NCBI GenBank assembly: GCA_003552785.1
Contig: PUOQ01000084.1
Coordinates: 1-51,616 of the forward strand
Direction: 5' to 3'
DNA: 51,616 bases
DNA from: Dehalococcoidia bacterium
GTDB lineage: Bacteria > Chloroflexota > Dehalococcoidia > Dehalococcoidales > CSSed11-197
The translations under genes were made by a program, and so were the position numbers. Position 1 is the stretch's first letter. Each line of letters begins with the position of its first letter. Positions 36,833 to 46,441 of this stretch are shown here, one piece after another. The notes beneath the pieces were generated by a model. It saw only the letters and a list, made by a program, of their open reading frames with translations. It had not been told where the DNA came from and did not search any database.

Positions 36833-37930
36833 TTAAATATTAAACAGGAAGTGGATAACGTCCCCATCCTGAACAGTGTAATTTTTACCTTCCACCCTGA
36901 GCAACCCTTCCCGCCTTACACCTGCGTACCCGCCCAGCCGGACCAGGTTGTCAAAGGTCACCACTTCAGCCCTGATAAAACCTCGCTCAATGTCACTGTG
37001 TATGTTGCCAGCAGCCCGGGGGGCAGTGGTGCCCCCGGGTACCGGCCAGGCACGGCTTTCATCCTCGCCGGTTGTCAGAAAAGTAATCAACCCAAGCAGA
37101 TCATAAGATGACCGTATAACCCGGTCCAGGCCGGGCTCGGCTAAATTAAATTCAGACAGAAATGACTGCTGGCTGGCTTTATCCAGGCCTGCCAGCTCCT
37201 CTTCAAGTTTACCGGCAAGAGCGATTATACGATGGCTATCGTCCCCGAACTTGCCGGTCATCTCTTTTTCAAGCTCAGCAGAATTTTTAATTTGTTCTTC
37301 ATCTATATTTATAACCGTTAATAAAGGCTTCAAGCTTAAAAACTGGTAACTGGAAATTTGTTTCAGATCTTCTCCGCCAAGTTTTTGACGCCTTAAAGGT
37401 ACACCTTCCTCGAGGCTTTTTTGCAGGCTGCTGAGCAGGCTTACCTCACGCTCAAGCAATAACTTCTCGGATTGCCTGGCTGCCTTTAACTGTCCGGCCA
37501 GCCTTTCAAGGCGCCGCTCAATAATTGCCATGTCTGAAAAGGCAAGCTCCATCTCCATTGCTTCTATATCACGTGAAGGGTCAATGCTTAATTGTGGATG
37601 CATTAAAGATTCATCCTTAAAGTTTCGGATTACACATAGTAGTGCATCGGTTGCCCCCAGCTGAGACAATAAGCGTCCGCTTATATTAAAATCCCCGGTC
37701 GCGCCTTTAATCGATGCGCCAAGATCCAGATATTTGATCTCGGCATAAGTTGCTTTACGAGAATTAAACATCTCCTTCAGTTTGTCCACCCGCCGGTCCG
37801 GCACCCGGGCAGTGCCAATATGCTCTTCCTGCCGCAAGCGGCCGGCTCCGGCGCCGGTTCGAACCAGCGAGTTAAATATCGTAGTCCGGCCACTTTTCTC
37901 AAGGCCGATAATTCCTATGTCCAAGCTCAT
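36833..37930 (-). CDS. ychF: YchF-family (Obg-like) ATPase with an atypical P-loop
   Basis: 365 aa. The C-terminal domain RAWPVPGGTTAPRAAGNIHSDIERGFIRAEVV...VQDGDVIHFLFNI is classic YchF. G1 reads GLEKSGRT instead of GxPNxGKS. Confidence 0.85.
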   Translation of the reverse strand: MSLDIGIIGLEKSGRTTIFNSLVRTGAGAGRLRQEEHIGTARVPDRRVDKLKEMFNSRKATYAEIKYLDLGASIKGATGDFNISGRLLSQLGATDALLCVIRNFKDESLMHPQLSIDPSRDIEAMEMELAFSDMAIIERRLERLAGQLKAARQSEKLLLEREVSLLSSLQKSLEEGVPLRRQKLGGEDLKQISSYQFLSLKPLLTVINIDEEQIKNSAELEKEMTGKFGDDSHRIIALAGKLEEELAGLDKASQQSFLSEFNLAEPGLDRVIRSSYDLLGLITFLTTGEDESRAWPVPGGTTAPRAAGNIHSDIERGFIRAEVVTFDNLVRLGGYAGVRREGLLRVEGKNYTVQDGDVIHFLFNI

Positions 37931-37980
37931 TTTGATTACCTGCTTTTTTCCTGTTGTTATTGCCGCTGTATTGCCTGTTT

Positions 37981-38009
37981 ATTTTACGCTTAAAAAGCTG
38001 GCCCAGCAA
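37981..38009 (-). promoter_or_regulatory. Putative ychF promoter
   Basis: The minus strand reads TTGCTG (38009-38004), 17 nt, TAAAAT (37986-37981). Confidence 0.35.
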
Positions 38010-38113
38010 ACAAAACCGTACACACTTTGAAACAATAATTAACCCGTTTAAATACAATTGTATCCAGGCATCGGGCACCCGTTATACGTCTGTATTTTTA
38101 TCCCCTAGCTCTA

Positions 38114-38142
38114 TTGACAGCCACCATTTTACAGACTACAAT
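38114..38142 (+). promoter_or_regulatory. Putative trkAH promoter
   Basis: TTGACA (38114-38119), 17 nt, TACAAT (38137-38142). This leaves a leader of about 175 nt before trkA. Confidence 0.55.
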
Positions 38143-38322
38143 TCAAGTCTGCTGAACATAAATGAATAATAATTGCAACATTGTTCCTGCCTGGGGTAGC
38201 AAATTGCCGGATAGCATAAAGCAACTCACGACAAGGCTCGTTAAATGTGCTCCGCTCTTTCATCCGGTATTAATATTCCTGCTTAACAACTATTCTTGCG
38301 AATACGAGGTTAAATCAAACTT

Positions 38323-39693
38323 ATGTATATAATTATAGGCGGCGGCGGCATAATAGGCTCCCATATCGCTTCCCTCCTTTCCGAGGAAGGGCATGAAGTT
38401 CTTGTTATTGAACAATCAAAGGAAGCACTGGGCAAAATCCGCCAGCGGGCAGATGTAAAAACCATACAGGGCAATTCCGCAACTCCTAAAATACTCAAGC
38501 AGGCTGAAGCAGAGCGTGCAGACCTGATGCTGGCGGTAACCAATAATGACGAAACCAACATGATCACCTGCTTCATGGCCAAGGAGCTCGGAGCATCAAC
38601 CACAGCCGCCCGAATCCGAAATCCCGACTTTTCTACATACTTTGTAGCCGGAGGCAAATCACCCCTCTCCCCCCGCCGTATAATACGGCCAAGAAAACTG
38701 GGTATAGATGTTTTTATCAACCCCGAAATGACGGCAGCCCAGGAAATAATGGTTATTCTTTCAAGCTTCTATTCCACTCCCATGGAAAACTTTGCCGGTG
38801 GCATGGTGCAGATAAGGGAATTCAGTGTTACGGATAAAGAACTGATCGGCCAAAGCATCACCTCGGTTACAAAGAATTTACCCCATCCGGCAGTTGTAGT
38901 TGCCCTGGCGAGGGGCGGTGAGGTCCTGCCCATCAAGGATGAAACAGTAATACAAGAAGAGGACAGGATATACCTGGCTGCTGAAAAAGAATACATGAAT
39001 GAACTGGGTAAACTATTGAGCCCTCCGCAGCGTCCGGCCAAAAAAGTAGTTATCCTGGGTGGGGACAGGATTGGCCATCTGACAGCTGAAGGTTTAACAC
39101 GGCGCGGAGTCAGGGTCAAGTTAATTGAAAGCGATGAGACAAGGGCCGGTGAACTGGCTTCATCCCTGGATAACGTTGAAATAATAAACGGCAGCGGTAC
39201 AAGCCGTGATCTTCTAACCGAGATGGGGATAAGTTCTGCCGATGCATATGTTGCTACCACCATAAACGACGAGTTGAATATTTTAAGCGCTCTGCTGGCA
39301 AAAAAACTCGGCGTAGAGCGAAGCATGGTGGTAATCAACAATACAGGCTATGTACCTCTTGCCGAAGCCATGGGCTTGCACGTGGCCGCTCTGCCTACCC
39401 TGCTGGCGGCAGATGAAATTGCCCGTTTCGTGCTGCATGGTGGTGCCATTGCCACAGCTCTTTTAGAAGGTGAAAAGCTGGAAGCCGTTGAATTTATCGC
39501 TTCTTCCAAAGCATTGATATCGGGTAAAAATATCAGTGAAGCCGGTTTGCCTGCCGGAGCCACCGCTATTGCTGTAGTACGCGGTTCCGAAGTTTTCCTG
39601 CCGCCACAGGATACCGTAATACAACCGGGGGATCACGTTATTGTTGCCACCCCTATTGCCGGTATTCATCACGTAGAAAGAGTTTTCAAGTAG
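38323..39693 (+). CDS. trkA: Trk system potassium uptake protein TrkA (tandem RCK)
   Basis: 456 aa with two Rossmann RCK_N repeats (IIIGGGGIIGSHIA, VVILGGDRIGHLTA), each followed by an RCK_C. Confidence 0.9.
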   Translation: MYIIIGGGGIIGSHIASLLSEEGHEVLVIEQSKEALGKIRQRADVKTIQGNSATPKILKQAEAERADLMLAVTNNDETNMITCFMAKELGASTTAARIRNPDFSTYFVAGGKSPLSPRRIIRPRKLGIDVFINPEMTAAQEIMVILSSFYSTPMENFAGGMVQIREFSVTDKELIGQSITSVTKNLPHPAVVVALARGGEVLPIKDETVIQEEDRIYLAAEKEYMNELGKLLSPPQRPAKKVVILGGDRIGHLTAEGLTRRGVRVKLIESDETRAGELASSLDNVEIINGSGTSRDLLTEMGISSADAYVATTINDELNILSALLAKKLGVERSMVVINNTGYVPLAEAMGLHVAALPTLLAADEIARFVLHGGAIATALLEGEKLEAVEFIASSKALISGKNISEAGLPAGATAIAVVRGSEVFLPPQDTVIQPGDHVIVATPIAGIHHVERVFK

Positions 39694-39699
39694 ACTGTT

Positions 39700-41154
39700 A
39701 TGAATCCCAGGGTTATACTTCATTATCTCAGCCTCATTATCACCGGTACAGGCCTGGCGATGCTGATCCCTTTCTTTTTCAGCCTGACAGAAAGCGGCGA
39801 GAGTACCGGCGCCTTTCTAATCTCCATCGGCATAACCCTGGGTATTGGTGTACCGGTATTCCTGCTTACACCATCCAGGGAGCGAAATTTATTAACCCGC
39901 GAAGCCATTACACTGGTGGCCGGCAGCTGGATAGCAGCTTCTGTTTTTGGCGCCCTGCCGTATTTCTTTTCCGGTGCTCTGCCTTCCTTTATTGACGCAT
40001 TCTTCGAAGCCGTTAGCGGCTTTACCACCACCGGAGCAACCGTTTTTACCTCCATTGAAACCCAATCCCAGAGCATCCTTTTATGGCGCTCCATGACACA
40101 ATGGCTGGGCGGCATGGGCATTATCATGCTCTTTGTAGCCCTTTTCCCCATTCTGGGAATCGGTTCGGCCCACCTGATACAGGCTGAGATGCCCGGCAGC
40201 CAGTACGGCGAGAAGCTGACTGCCCGTATCCGTGATACCGCCAAAGCCCTGTGGTTAATCTACATCGGGATGACCATTGCCCAGTATATCCTGCTCAGGT
40301 TTGCCGGGCTGCCTCCGTTTGACGCCATCACGATCACCTTTTCCACCATACCCATCGGCGGATTTACCGCTACCGATTTGAGCATAGCCGCTTATAACAA
40401 CCTCTGGGTGGAGATAATAGTCATCTTCTTTATGATTATGGCGGGAGTCAACTTCGGCCTGTATTATTTTCTGTTCTTTAAACGCCAGTCCTCCAGGCTC
40501 TTTAAAAGCTCGGAATTCAGGCTTTACATCGCCATATTGTTTTTTTCCGGCACCATTATAAGCTTCAACCTGCTCGACCAGATGGGTTTTTCGATAGGCG
40601 AGGCCCTTCGCTACGGGGCTTTCCAGGTGGCTTCAATCGGAACAACAACCGGCTTTGTAACTACTGACTTCGACGCCTGGCCCGCCTTTTCCAAGGGCGT
40701 TTTGCTGATCCTGATGGTGATTGGTGGCTGTGCCGGTTCTACCGCCGGAGCTCTCAAGGTAATTAGAATTATTGCACTTGCCAAATATATACACCGGCGG
40801 CTGCTGATGGTGTTTAAACCCAACACCGTTATTCCCATTAAGGTAGACGGGGTGGCCCTGCCGGAAAGTGTTATTTCAAGAATTATCAGCTTTGCCCTGC
40901 TTTATGCTATTCTGGCAGCCCTTGGCTTTATGGCAATGAGTGCCATAGGCCTGGAGCCAATTACCGCCCTTTCATCAGTCATAGCGGCCATTGGAAATGT
41001 CGGGCCTGGCTTCGGTATGGTGGGAGCTTTAGAAAACTACGCCTTTATTCCACCATTGGGCAAGGGTGTACTTATTTTCCTGATGGTTGCCGGCCGGCTT
41101 GAAATCTTTACCCTGCTGGTGCTTTTTATGCCTTCCTTCTGGCGCTGGCGCTAA
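39700..41154 (+). CDS. trkH: Trk system potassium uptake protein TrkH
   Basis: 484 aa polytopic protein with pore-loop motifs (EAVSGFTTTGAT, IGGFT, SIGTTTGF, IGNVGPG). Confidence 0.9.
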   Translation: MNPRVILHYLSLIITGTGLAMLIPFFFSLTESGESTGAFLISIGITLGIGVPVFLLTPSRERNLLTREAITLVAGSWIAASVFGALPYFFSGALPSFIDAFFEAVSGFTTTGATVFTSIETQSQSILLWRSMTQWLGGMGIIMLFVALFPILGIGSAHLIQAEMPGSQYGEKLTARIRDTAKALWLIYIGMTIAQYILLRFAGLPPFDAITITFSTIPIGGFTATDLSIAAYNNLWVEIIVIFFMIMAGVNFGLYYFLFFKRQSSRLFKSSEFRLYIAILFFSGTIISFNLLDQMGFSIGEALRYGAFQVASIGTTTGFVTTDFDAWPAFSKGVLLILMVIGGCAGSTAGALKVIRIIALAKYIHRRLLMVFKPNTVIPIKVDGVALPESVISRIISFALLYAILAALGFMAMSAIGLEPITALSSVIAAIGNVGPGFGMVGALENYAFIPPLGKGVLIFLMVAGRLEIFTLLVLFMPSFWRWR

Positions 41155-41223
41155 TAAGGCAAAGCATTTCTACTGCGACTGGCCTGTTTACAACTGGTTT
41201 TTAACAGGCAATGCCCGCTTTTC

Positions 41224-41253
41224 TTGCCTATTATTAAACGCTAGGGCTATAAT
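41224..41253 (+). promoter_or_regulatory. Putative alaS promoter
   Basis: TTGCCT (41224-41229), 18 nt, TATAAT (41248-41253). Confidence 0.45.
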
Positions 41254-41292
41254 CTGTGTATATTCCAGTCTTTATCCTTAAGGAGTATTATT

Positions 41293-43914
41293 TTGACCGG
41301 TGATGAACTGAGAAACCTTTTCCTGGATTTTTTTGAGAACAAATCTCACCAGATAATGCCAAGCTCGTCCCTTATTCCCCATCATGACCCCACTCTTCTA
41401 CTCAATACCGCTGGCATGGTTCAATTCAAGCCTTATTTTTTGGGAGAAGAAGCCCCTCCCTCCCCCCGCCTGGCTTCCTGCCAGAAGTGCTTTCGTACTA
41501 CAGACATCGAATCCGTCGGGGATTCAAGCCACTGTACTTTTTTTGAAATGCTGGGGAACTTTTCCATCGGGGACTATTTCAAAGCCGAAGCTATTGACTG
41601 GGCATGGGAGTTCGTAATCAAGCACCTCAGATTGCCCTCTGAAAAAATTTGGATAACCATTTTTCAGGATGATGATGAAGCTTTTGAGTTGTGGTCAAAA
41701 AAGGGCATTGCACAGGAACGTATCGTCCGTCTGGGTGAAAAGGACAATTTCTGGGGCCCGCCGGGGCAGGCCGGCCCATGCGGACCATGCAGCGAACTGC
41801 ATTATGACTACGGCCTGCACACCGGTTGCAAGAAACCGGAATGCAACCCCGCCTGTGATTGCGGCCGCTTTGTTGAAATATGGAACCTTGTTTTTATTCA
41901 ATTCAACCAGGAAATAAGCGGGCAGCGCAAACCATTGCAGCGCCCGAGCATAGACACGGGCATGGGGCTGGAGCGAATATCTGCCGTAATGCAGAACAAG
42001 TACACCATTTTTGAGACCGACCTGTTTGAACCCCTTATTGCAAAGGCAGCTGAAATGGCCGGCATAAAATACGGAACCGATAAAGATTCAGATACAGCTA
42101 TCAGGGTGATTGCTGAGCATGGCAGGGGTATAAGCTTCCTGATTGCCGACGGTGTCATGCCCGACAACGAAGGTCGCGGTTATGTTCTGCGCCGGCTCAT
42201 CCGACGCGCAGCACTTTACGGACGCCGCCTCGGCTTGAAAGAACCTTTTCTTGCTCAAATTGCACGAATTACCATTAAAAACATGAAAGCAATTTACCCC
42301 GAACTCGGGGAGAAGGAAAAATTAATAATTGAAGTCATCCAGGCAGAACAAGCCCGGTTCAATGAAACCCTTACGGTGGGCCTTGAAATGCTGGATGATT
42401 TTATTACTGCGGCAGGCTCCGGTGAAAAAATTTTACAGGGAAAAGACGTTTTTAAACTTTATGATACCTATGGATTTCCCCTGGAGCTTACCTGTGAAAT
42501 TGCGCAAAACCAGGGTATCGATTTAGATATTAAAGGCTTTGAAAAGGAAATGGCGCAACAGAAAGAGCGGGCAAGAGCCGCCAGCCAGAAATTTAAAGCG
42601 GGCAAGACCGTCAATGAAAAAATGCCAGAGCTGAGTGCCAGTTGTTTTACGGGATATGATTACCTGGTACAAAAAACCCGGATTAACCATATCCTGCTTG
42701 AAGGTAAAACATCACCCGGTGCAAATGAAGGCCAGAAAGCTGCCCTGGTGCTTGAGAACACCCCGTTTTATGCTGAAAAAGGTGGTCAGATTGGCGACAC
42801 CGGCGATATTAAAACAGTTGCCGGTGCAAGTTTCAAAGTAACCGGCACCATCCCCGGCCCGATGGAGAGCATCATCCACGAGGGTTATGTAACCAGGGGT
42901 GAATTTACACCCGGCGATACAGTAATAGCTGAAGTAGATGCCGCCCGGCGCGCCGACATTGCCCGCAATCACACCGCCACCCACCTGCTTCATATCAGCC
43001 TGAAAAACATTCTGGGCACCCATGTCGAGCAGCGCGGTTCATTTGTTGGCCCCGACAGATTGAGGTTTGACTTTTCCCATCTTAAACCCCTTTCAGCCCG
43101 AGAACTTGAGAGCATTGAAGACAGCGTGAATGAGATGATACTTTCCAATCGCCCGGTTCAAGCAGAATTTCTTCCTTTTCGTGAAGCAATGCGAAGCGGG
43201 GCTATTGCAATATTTGATGAAAAATATGGAGATCAGGTACGTGTTCTGAAAGTGGGCGACCCCCCGGTTTCATCCGAGCTGTGCGGCGGCACCCATGTAT
43301 GCAACACCGGAGAAATCGGGTTGCTCCATATAGTAAGCGAATCCTCCATCGGAGCCGGTTTGAGGCGAATTGAAGCAGTTACCGGCAGAGAAGCGCAGCG
43401 GCTGCTGCGCAGCCAGACAAACCTTATAAAGCAGGCATCAAAATTGCTGGAGGCCAGCCCCGACGAATTAATGGATAACCTCAAGGAAAAACTGGAGGAG
43501 GCGTCTGAAAACAGCAAAAAACTGGAGGAGGTGGAGCGTAAGTCCGTTTTAAGCCGGGCTGAATCTCTTCTTGCTCGGGCTGAAACAAAAGGCTCTGTAA
43601 AAATAATCTCTTCTCAACTGCCAGGTGTAAAGGTAGACCTGTTAAGAGATGCGGCCGACTACTTAAAAAGCAAACTGGAAAGCGGCATAATAGCGCTTGC
43701 CTCCGATGCCGGAGAGAAACCGGTCTTTGTAGTAGCTGTAACCCATGACCTGGTTAAGAAGGGATATAAAGCCGGGGACATTATCAAGCAGATTTCCAGA
43801 ATAGCCGGTGGCGGTGGGGGTGGCAAACCGGAGCTGGCCACAGGTGGCGGAAAGGATAAAGAACGCATTCCAGATGCACTTGAGGCTGTTAAAAATTGCA
43901 TAAAAGTGGATTAA
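41293..43914 (+). CDS. alaS: Alanine--tRNA ligase
   Basis: 873 aa with the typical N-terminus (LRNLFLDFFENKSHQIMPSSSLIP), a class II core, the editing-domain HxxxH...CGGTH motif and a C-terminal DHHA1 (GGGGGKPELA). The start is TTG. Confidence 0.97.
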   Translation: MTGDELRNLFLDFFENKSHQIMPSSSLIPHHDPTLLLNTAGMVQFKPYFLGEEAPPSPRLASCQKCFRTTDIESVGDSSHCTFFEMLGNFSIGDYFKAEAIDWAWEFVIKHLRLPSEKIWITIFQDDDEAFELWSKKGIAQERIVRLGEKDNFWGPPGQAGPCGPCSELHYDYGLHTGCKKPECNPACDCGRFVEIWNLVFIQFNQEISGQRKPLQRPSIDTGMGLERISAVMQNKYTIFETDLFEPLIAKAAEMAGIKYGTDKDSDTAIRVIAEHGRGISFLIADGVMPDNEGRGYVLRRLIRRAALYGRRLGLKEPFLAQIARITIKNMKAIYPELGEKEKLIIEVIQAEQARFNETLTVGLEMLDDFITAAGSGEKILQGKDVFKLYDTYGFPLELTCEIAQNQGIDLDIKGFEKEMAQQKERARAASQKFKAGKTVNEKMPELSASCFTGYDYLVQKTRINHILLEGKTSPGANEGQKAALVLENTPFYAEKGGQIGDTGDIKTVAGASFKVTGTIPGPMESIIHEGYVTRGEFTPGDTVIAEVDAARRADIARNHTATHLLHISLKNILGTHVEQRGSFVGPDRLRFDFSHLKPLSARELESIEDSVNEMILSNRPVQAEFLPFREAMRSGAIAIFDEKYGDQVRVLKVGDPPVSSELCGGTHVCNTGEIGLLHIVSESSIGAGLRRIEAVTGREAQRLLRSQTNLIKQASKLLEASPDELMDNLKEKLEEASENSKKLEEVERKSVLSRAESLLARAETKGSVKIISSQLPGVKVDLLRDAADYLKSKLESGIIALASDAGEKPVFVVAVTHDLVKKGYKAGDIIKQISRIAGGGGGGKPELATGGGKDKERIPDALEAVKNCIKVD

Positions 43915-43943
43915 GTTTGGATAACCATATTCCCGGCCGGATT

Positions 43944-44354
43944 ATGGCCATCGACATCGGTGACAAATGGCTCGGAGTAGCACTTTCCGACCCTTTAAGA
44001 ATAACCGCGACTCCCTGGTCAAGCATAAGGTGTGAAAACGAAGAGGAAATAATAAGCACTGTGTGTGAATTTGCTAAAACCAACAAAATCGCCATGCTGG
44101 TCGCCGGATTGCCCCGCTCTATGGATGGGAGCAGCGGGCAACAGGAAAAGAAAGTGCGCCAGATGGTCGAAAATATTGCCGGAAAAGTCGGTGTCCCGGT
44201 GGTTTATCAGGATGAAAGGCTGTCTACCAGCCAGGCCAGAGACATCCTTGAGAGCAAAAAGGCAAAACCGGGAACCCGGGACGATGCACTGGCAGCTGCC
44301 ATCATCCTGCAGGAATATCTGAATGCAAACTGTAAACCGGGCGGACCATATTAA
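43944..44354 (+). CDS. ruvX: YqgF/RuvX putative pre-16S rRNA nuclease / Holliday junction resolvase-like
   Basis: IMAIDIGDKWLGVALSD, GLPRSMDGSSG and DERLST motifs are present. The start could be the ATG at 43944 or the TTG at 43917; the track start at 43896 overlaps alaS. Confidence 0.85.
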   Translation: MAIDIGDKWLGVALSDPLRITATPWSSIRCENEEEIISTVCEFAKTNKIAMLVAGLPRSMDGSSGQQEKKVRQMVENIAGKVGVPVVYQDERLSTSQARDILESKKAKPGTRDDALAAAIILQEYLNANCKPGGPY

Positions 44355-44377
44355 CAAATAAATTTCGTATAGAATAC

Positions 44378-45238
44378 ATGGCCAAACCTATAAGTTCAAT
44401 CTCAAACTATATCAATGTATTAAAACCCAGAGAAACCGGGTTGCTGGTTTTTATCGGCACAGCCGCAGCAATCATAGCCGGAGGAGGCAGTCCACCATGG
44501 GATACTGTTTTACTGGCAGTATTTGCCATCCTTTTTGCCAGCGCTGCTGCCAACGGACTTACCAACTACCTGGACCGCGATCTTGACAGCCGCATGCCGC
44601 GCACCCATAACCGGGCACTGGCAGCCAGGCGAATATACCCGGCTGAAAAGGTACTGCCTTTGCTGATTATCCTTGCTTTAGTCGGCTTAATACTTTCCTG
44701 GCTGATTAATCCTTATGTTTTCGCCTCTGACCTTATTGGCACTCTAGTGGCAATATCTTTTCGTAAAAAAGTAACCTGCGTGTTTCCCCAGGGCGCGATT
44801 GCCGGGTGTGCCCCGGTACTGATGGGGTGGTTCGCCATTCAGCCGGAGTTGAGCTGGCAAATAGGGTTGATATGCCTTTTGATAATCGTGTGGCTGCCAT
44901 CACATGTCTGGGGTGTTATGGTAGCCCGGCGCAATGAATACTTAAATGCCGGAATCACCTTTTTTCCGATGAGCGTACAACCGGCAACAGCCCTCAATCT
45001 GATGGCTGCCTCAAGCGTTGTTTTGCTCGGTGTCTCCATAGTTCTTTATTTTGCGGGAAACTTTGGGTGGCTGTACCTTGCATCAAGCATTATACTGGGA
45101 TTAATCATGGTGCTTTCAAGCATCAGGCTGGCAAAAACAGCCGACTCTAAAGGTGCCTGGCGTTTATACAAGATTTCCAGCTTTCCGTATCTGGGGCTAT
45201 TATTTTTATTTATGTGCCTTGACGTATGGCTTTTATGA
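44378..45238 (+). CDS. UbiA-family prenyltransferase, heme O synthase (CtaB/CyoE)-like
   Basis: 286 aa with about 8 TM segments. The first motif is NYLDRDLDSRMPRTHNRAL. The second region, HVWGVMVARRNEYLNAGITFFPM, resembles the CtaB HFWALA..DDY..AGIPMLP. Confidence 0.75.
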   Translation: MAKPISSISNYINVLKPRETGLLVFIGTAAAIIAGGGSPPWDTVLLAVFAILFASAAANGLTNYLDRDLDSRMPRTHNRALAARRIYPAEKVLPLLIILALVGLILSWLINPYVFASDLIGTLVAISFRKKVTCVFPQGAIAGCAPVLMGWFAIQPELSWQIGLICLLIIVWLPSHVWGVMVARRNEYLNAGITFFPMSVQPATALNLMAASSVVLLGVSIVLYFAGNFGWLYLASSIILGLIMVLSSIRLAKTADSKGAWRLYKISSFPYLGLLFLFMCLDVWLL

Positions 45239-46407
45239 AAGAAATTTTTGATATATTAACAAACTTGCCGCACTCGCCTGCCAGGACAGGAATACTTCAC
45301 ACCCGTCATGGAGAAGTCCCCACCCCGGTTTTTTGCCCTGTCGGCAGCCAGGCCAGTGTAAAAACTCTGGCCCCGGAAGAAATAAAAGCTGCCGGGGCTA
45401 ACATGATCCTTGCCAACACCTACCATTTATATCTAAGGCCAGGAATTGAAACCGTGCGCAGCATGGGCGGCCTTCACCGTTTTATGGGCTGGGACCGCCC
45501 GATTCTTACCGACTCAGGAGGTTTTCAGTTATTCAGCCTGGCGCCTCTGGTAAAAATAACCGAAGAAGGGGTTGTTTTCAGGAGTCATATCGACGGCTCC
45601 AGGCACTTTATAACCCCCGAGGACGCAGTTTATTTTCAGCAGGATCTTGGTACAGATATAATGATGGTGCTGGATGATGTACCACCGCATGACGCACCAC
45701 CGGATAAAATTTCAGTGGCTGTCGAACGCACCAGCAGGTGGGCTGAAAGGTGTCTTGCCGCCAGAAATTCGCCGGATCAGATGCTTTTTGCCATCGTCCA
45801 GGGAGGCATCAGCCCTGAAATGCGCAGACAGTCTGCAGACCAGCTTGCACAGCTTGATTTTGACGGCTTTGCCATCGGCGGATTAAGCCTGGGAGAGGCC
45901 AAGCTGGATACCTGGCAAACAGTCGAGGCCACCGTACCCCGGCTGCCCGAAGACAGGCCTCGATACCTGATGGGTGTCGGCTCGCCGGAAGACCTCATAG
46001 AAGGCATCAGCCGCGGCATTGATATTTTTGACAGTGTGTTGCCCACCCGGGTAGCGCGCAACGGCGGCCTGTACACCCAATCGGGCCGGATAAACATCAA
46101 AAACAGCCGCATGAAACTGCTTGACGCCCCCGTTGAAAAGGACTGCAATTGCTATACCTGCCAAACGTTCTCTGCCGCCTATCTGGCCCACCTGTTTCGA
46201 AGTGGAGAAGTTCTTGGCCTGAGGCTGGCTACCATCCATAATGTATCGTTTATCCAGAGGCTGGTAAATAAAGCCCGGCAGGCAATTCTTGACGGCACCT
46301 TCAACCTGTTTAAAGAGGGTTTTCTTGAAGGCTACCGGCCCTCAGATGAAGTCAAAAGAAATGAACAGAAGCAAAAATGGCTCAGAAGAAACCGTTTACA
46401 AGATTGA
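45226..46407 (+). CDS. tgt: Queuine tRNA-ribosyltransferase
   Basis: 393 aa with TPVFCPVGSQASVK, TDSGGFQ, LFAIVQGG and a Zn site CNCYTC...H. Confidence 0.93.
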   Translation: MAFMKEIFDILTNLPHSPARTGILHTRHGEVPTPVFCPVGSQASVKTLAPEEIKAAGANMILANTYHLYLRPGIETVRSMGGLHRFMGWDRPILTDSGGFQLFSLAPLVKITEEGVVFRSHIDGSRHFITPEDAVYFQQDLGTDIMMVLDDVPPHDAPPDKISVAVERTSRWAERCLAARNSPDQMLFAIVQGGISPEMRRQSADQLAQLDFDGFAIGGLSLGEAKLDTWQTVEATVPRLPEDRPRYLMGVGSPEDLIEGISRGIDIFDSVLPTRVARNGGLYTQSGRINIKNSRMKLLDAPVEKDCNCYTCQTFSAAYLAHLFRSGEVLGLRLATIHNVSFIQRLVNKARQAILDGTFNLFKEGFLEGYRPSDEVKRNEQKQKWLRRNRLQD

Positions 46408-46441
46408 CCGGGGCTAAACCCCTGGTGATATAATAGCAGCC

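Noticed and set aside
36850-36858. DnaA-box-like AGTGGATAA
   Set aside because: It is a single 8/9 match located inside the ychF coding sequence. There is no cluster of boxes or AT-rich unwinding element, so it is not an origin.
37954-38169. 71-aa ORF in the ychF/trkA intergenic region
   Set aside because: It has no RBS and an odd composition, and it spans the predicted divergent promoters and the palindrome. It is more likely non-coding regulatory DNA.
38143-38322. Assignment of the trkA leader to the ydaO/c-di-AMP riboswitch class
   Set aside because: I could not find the conserved ACGGGG/CCGA-type pseudo-symmetric core by eye. It is kept only as an unclassified structured leader in the findings.
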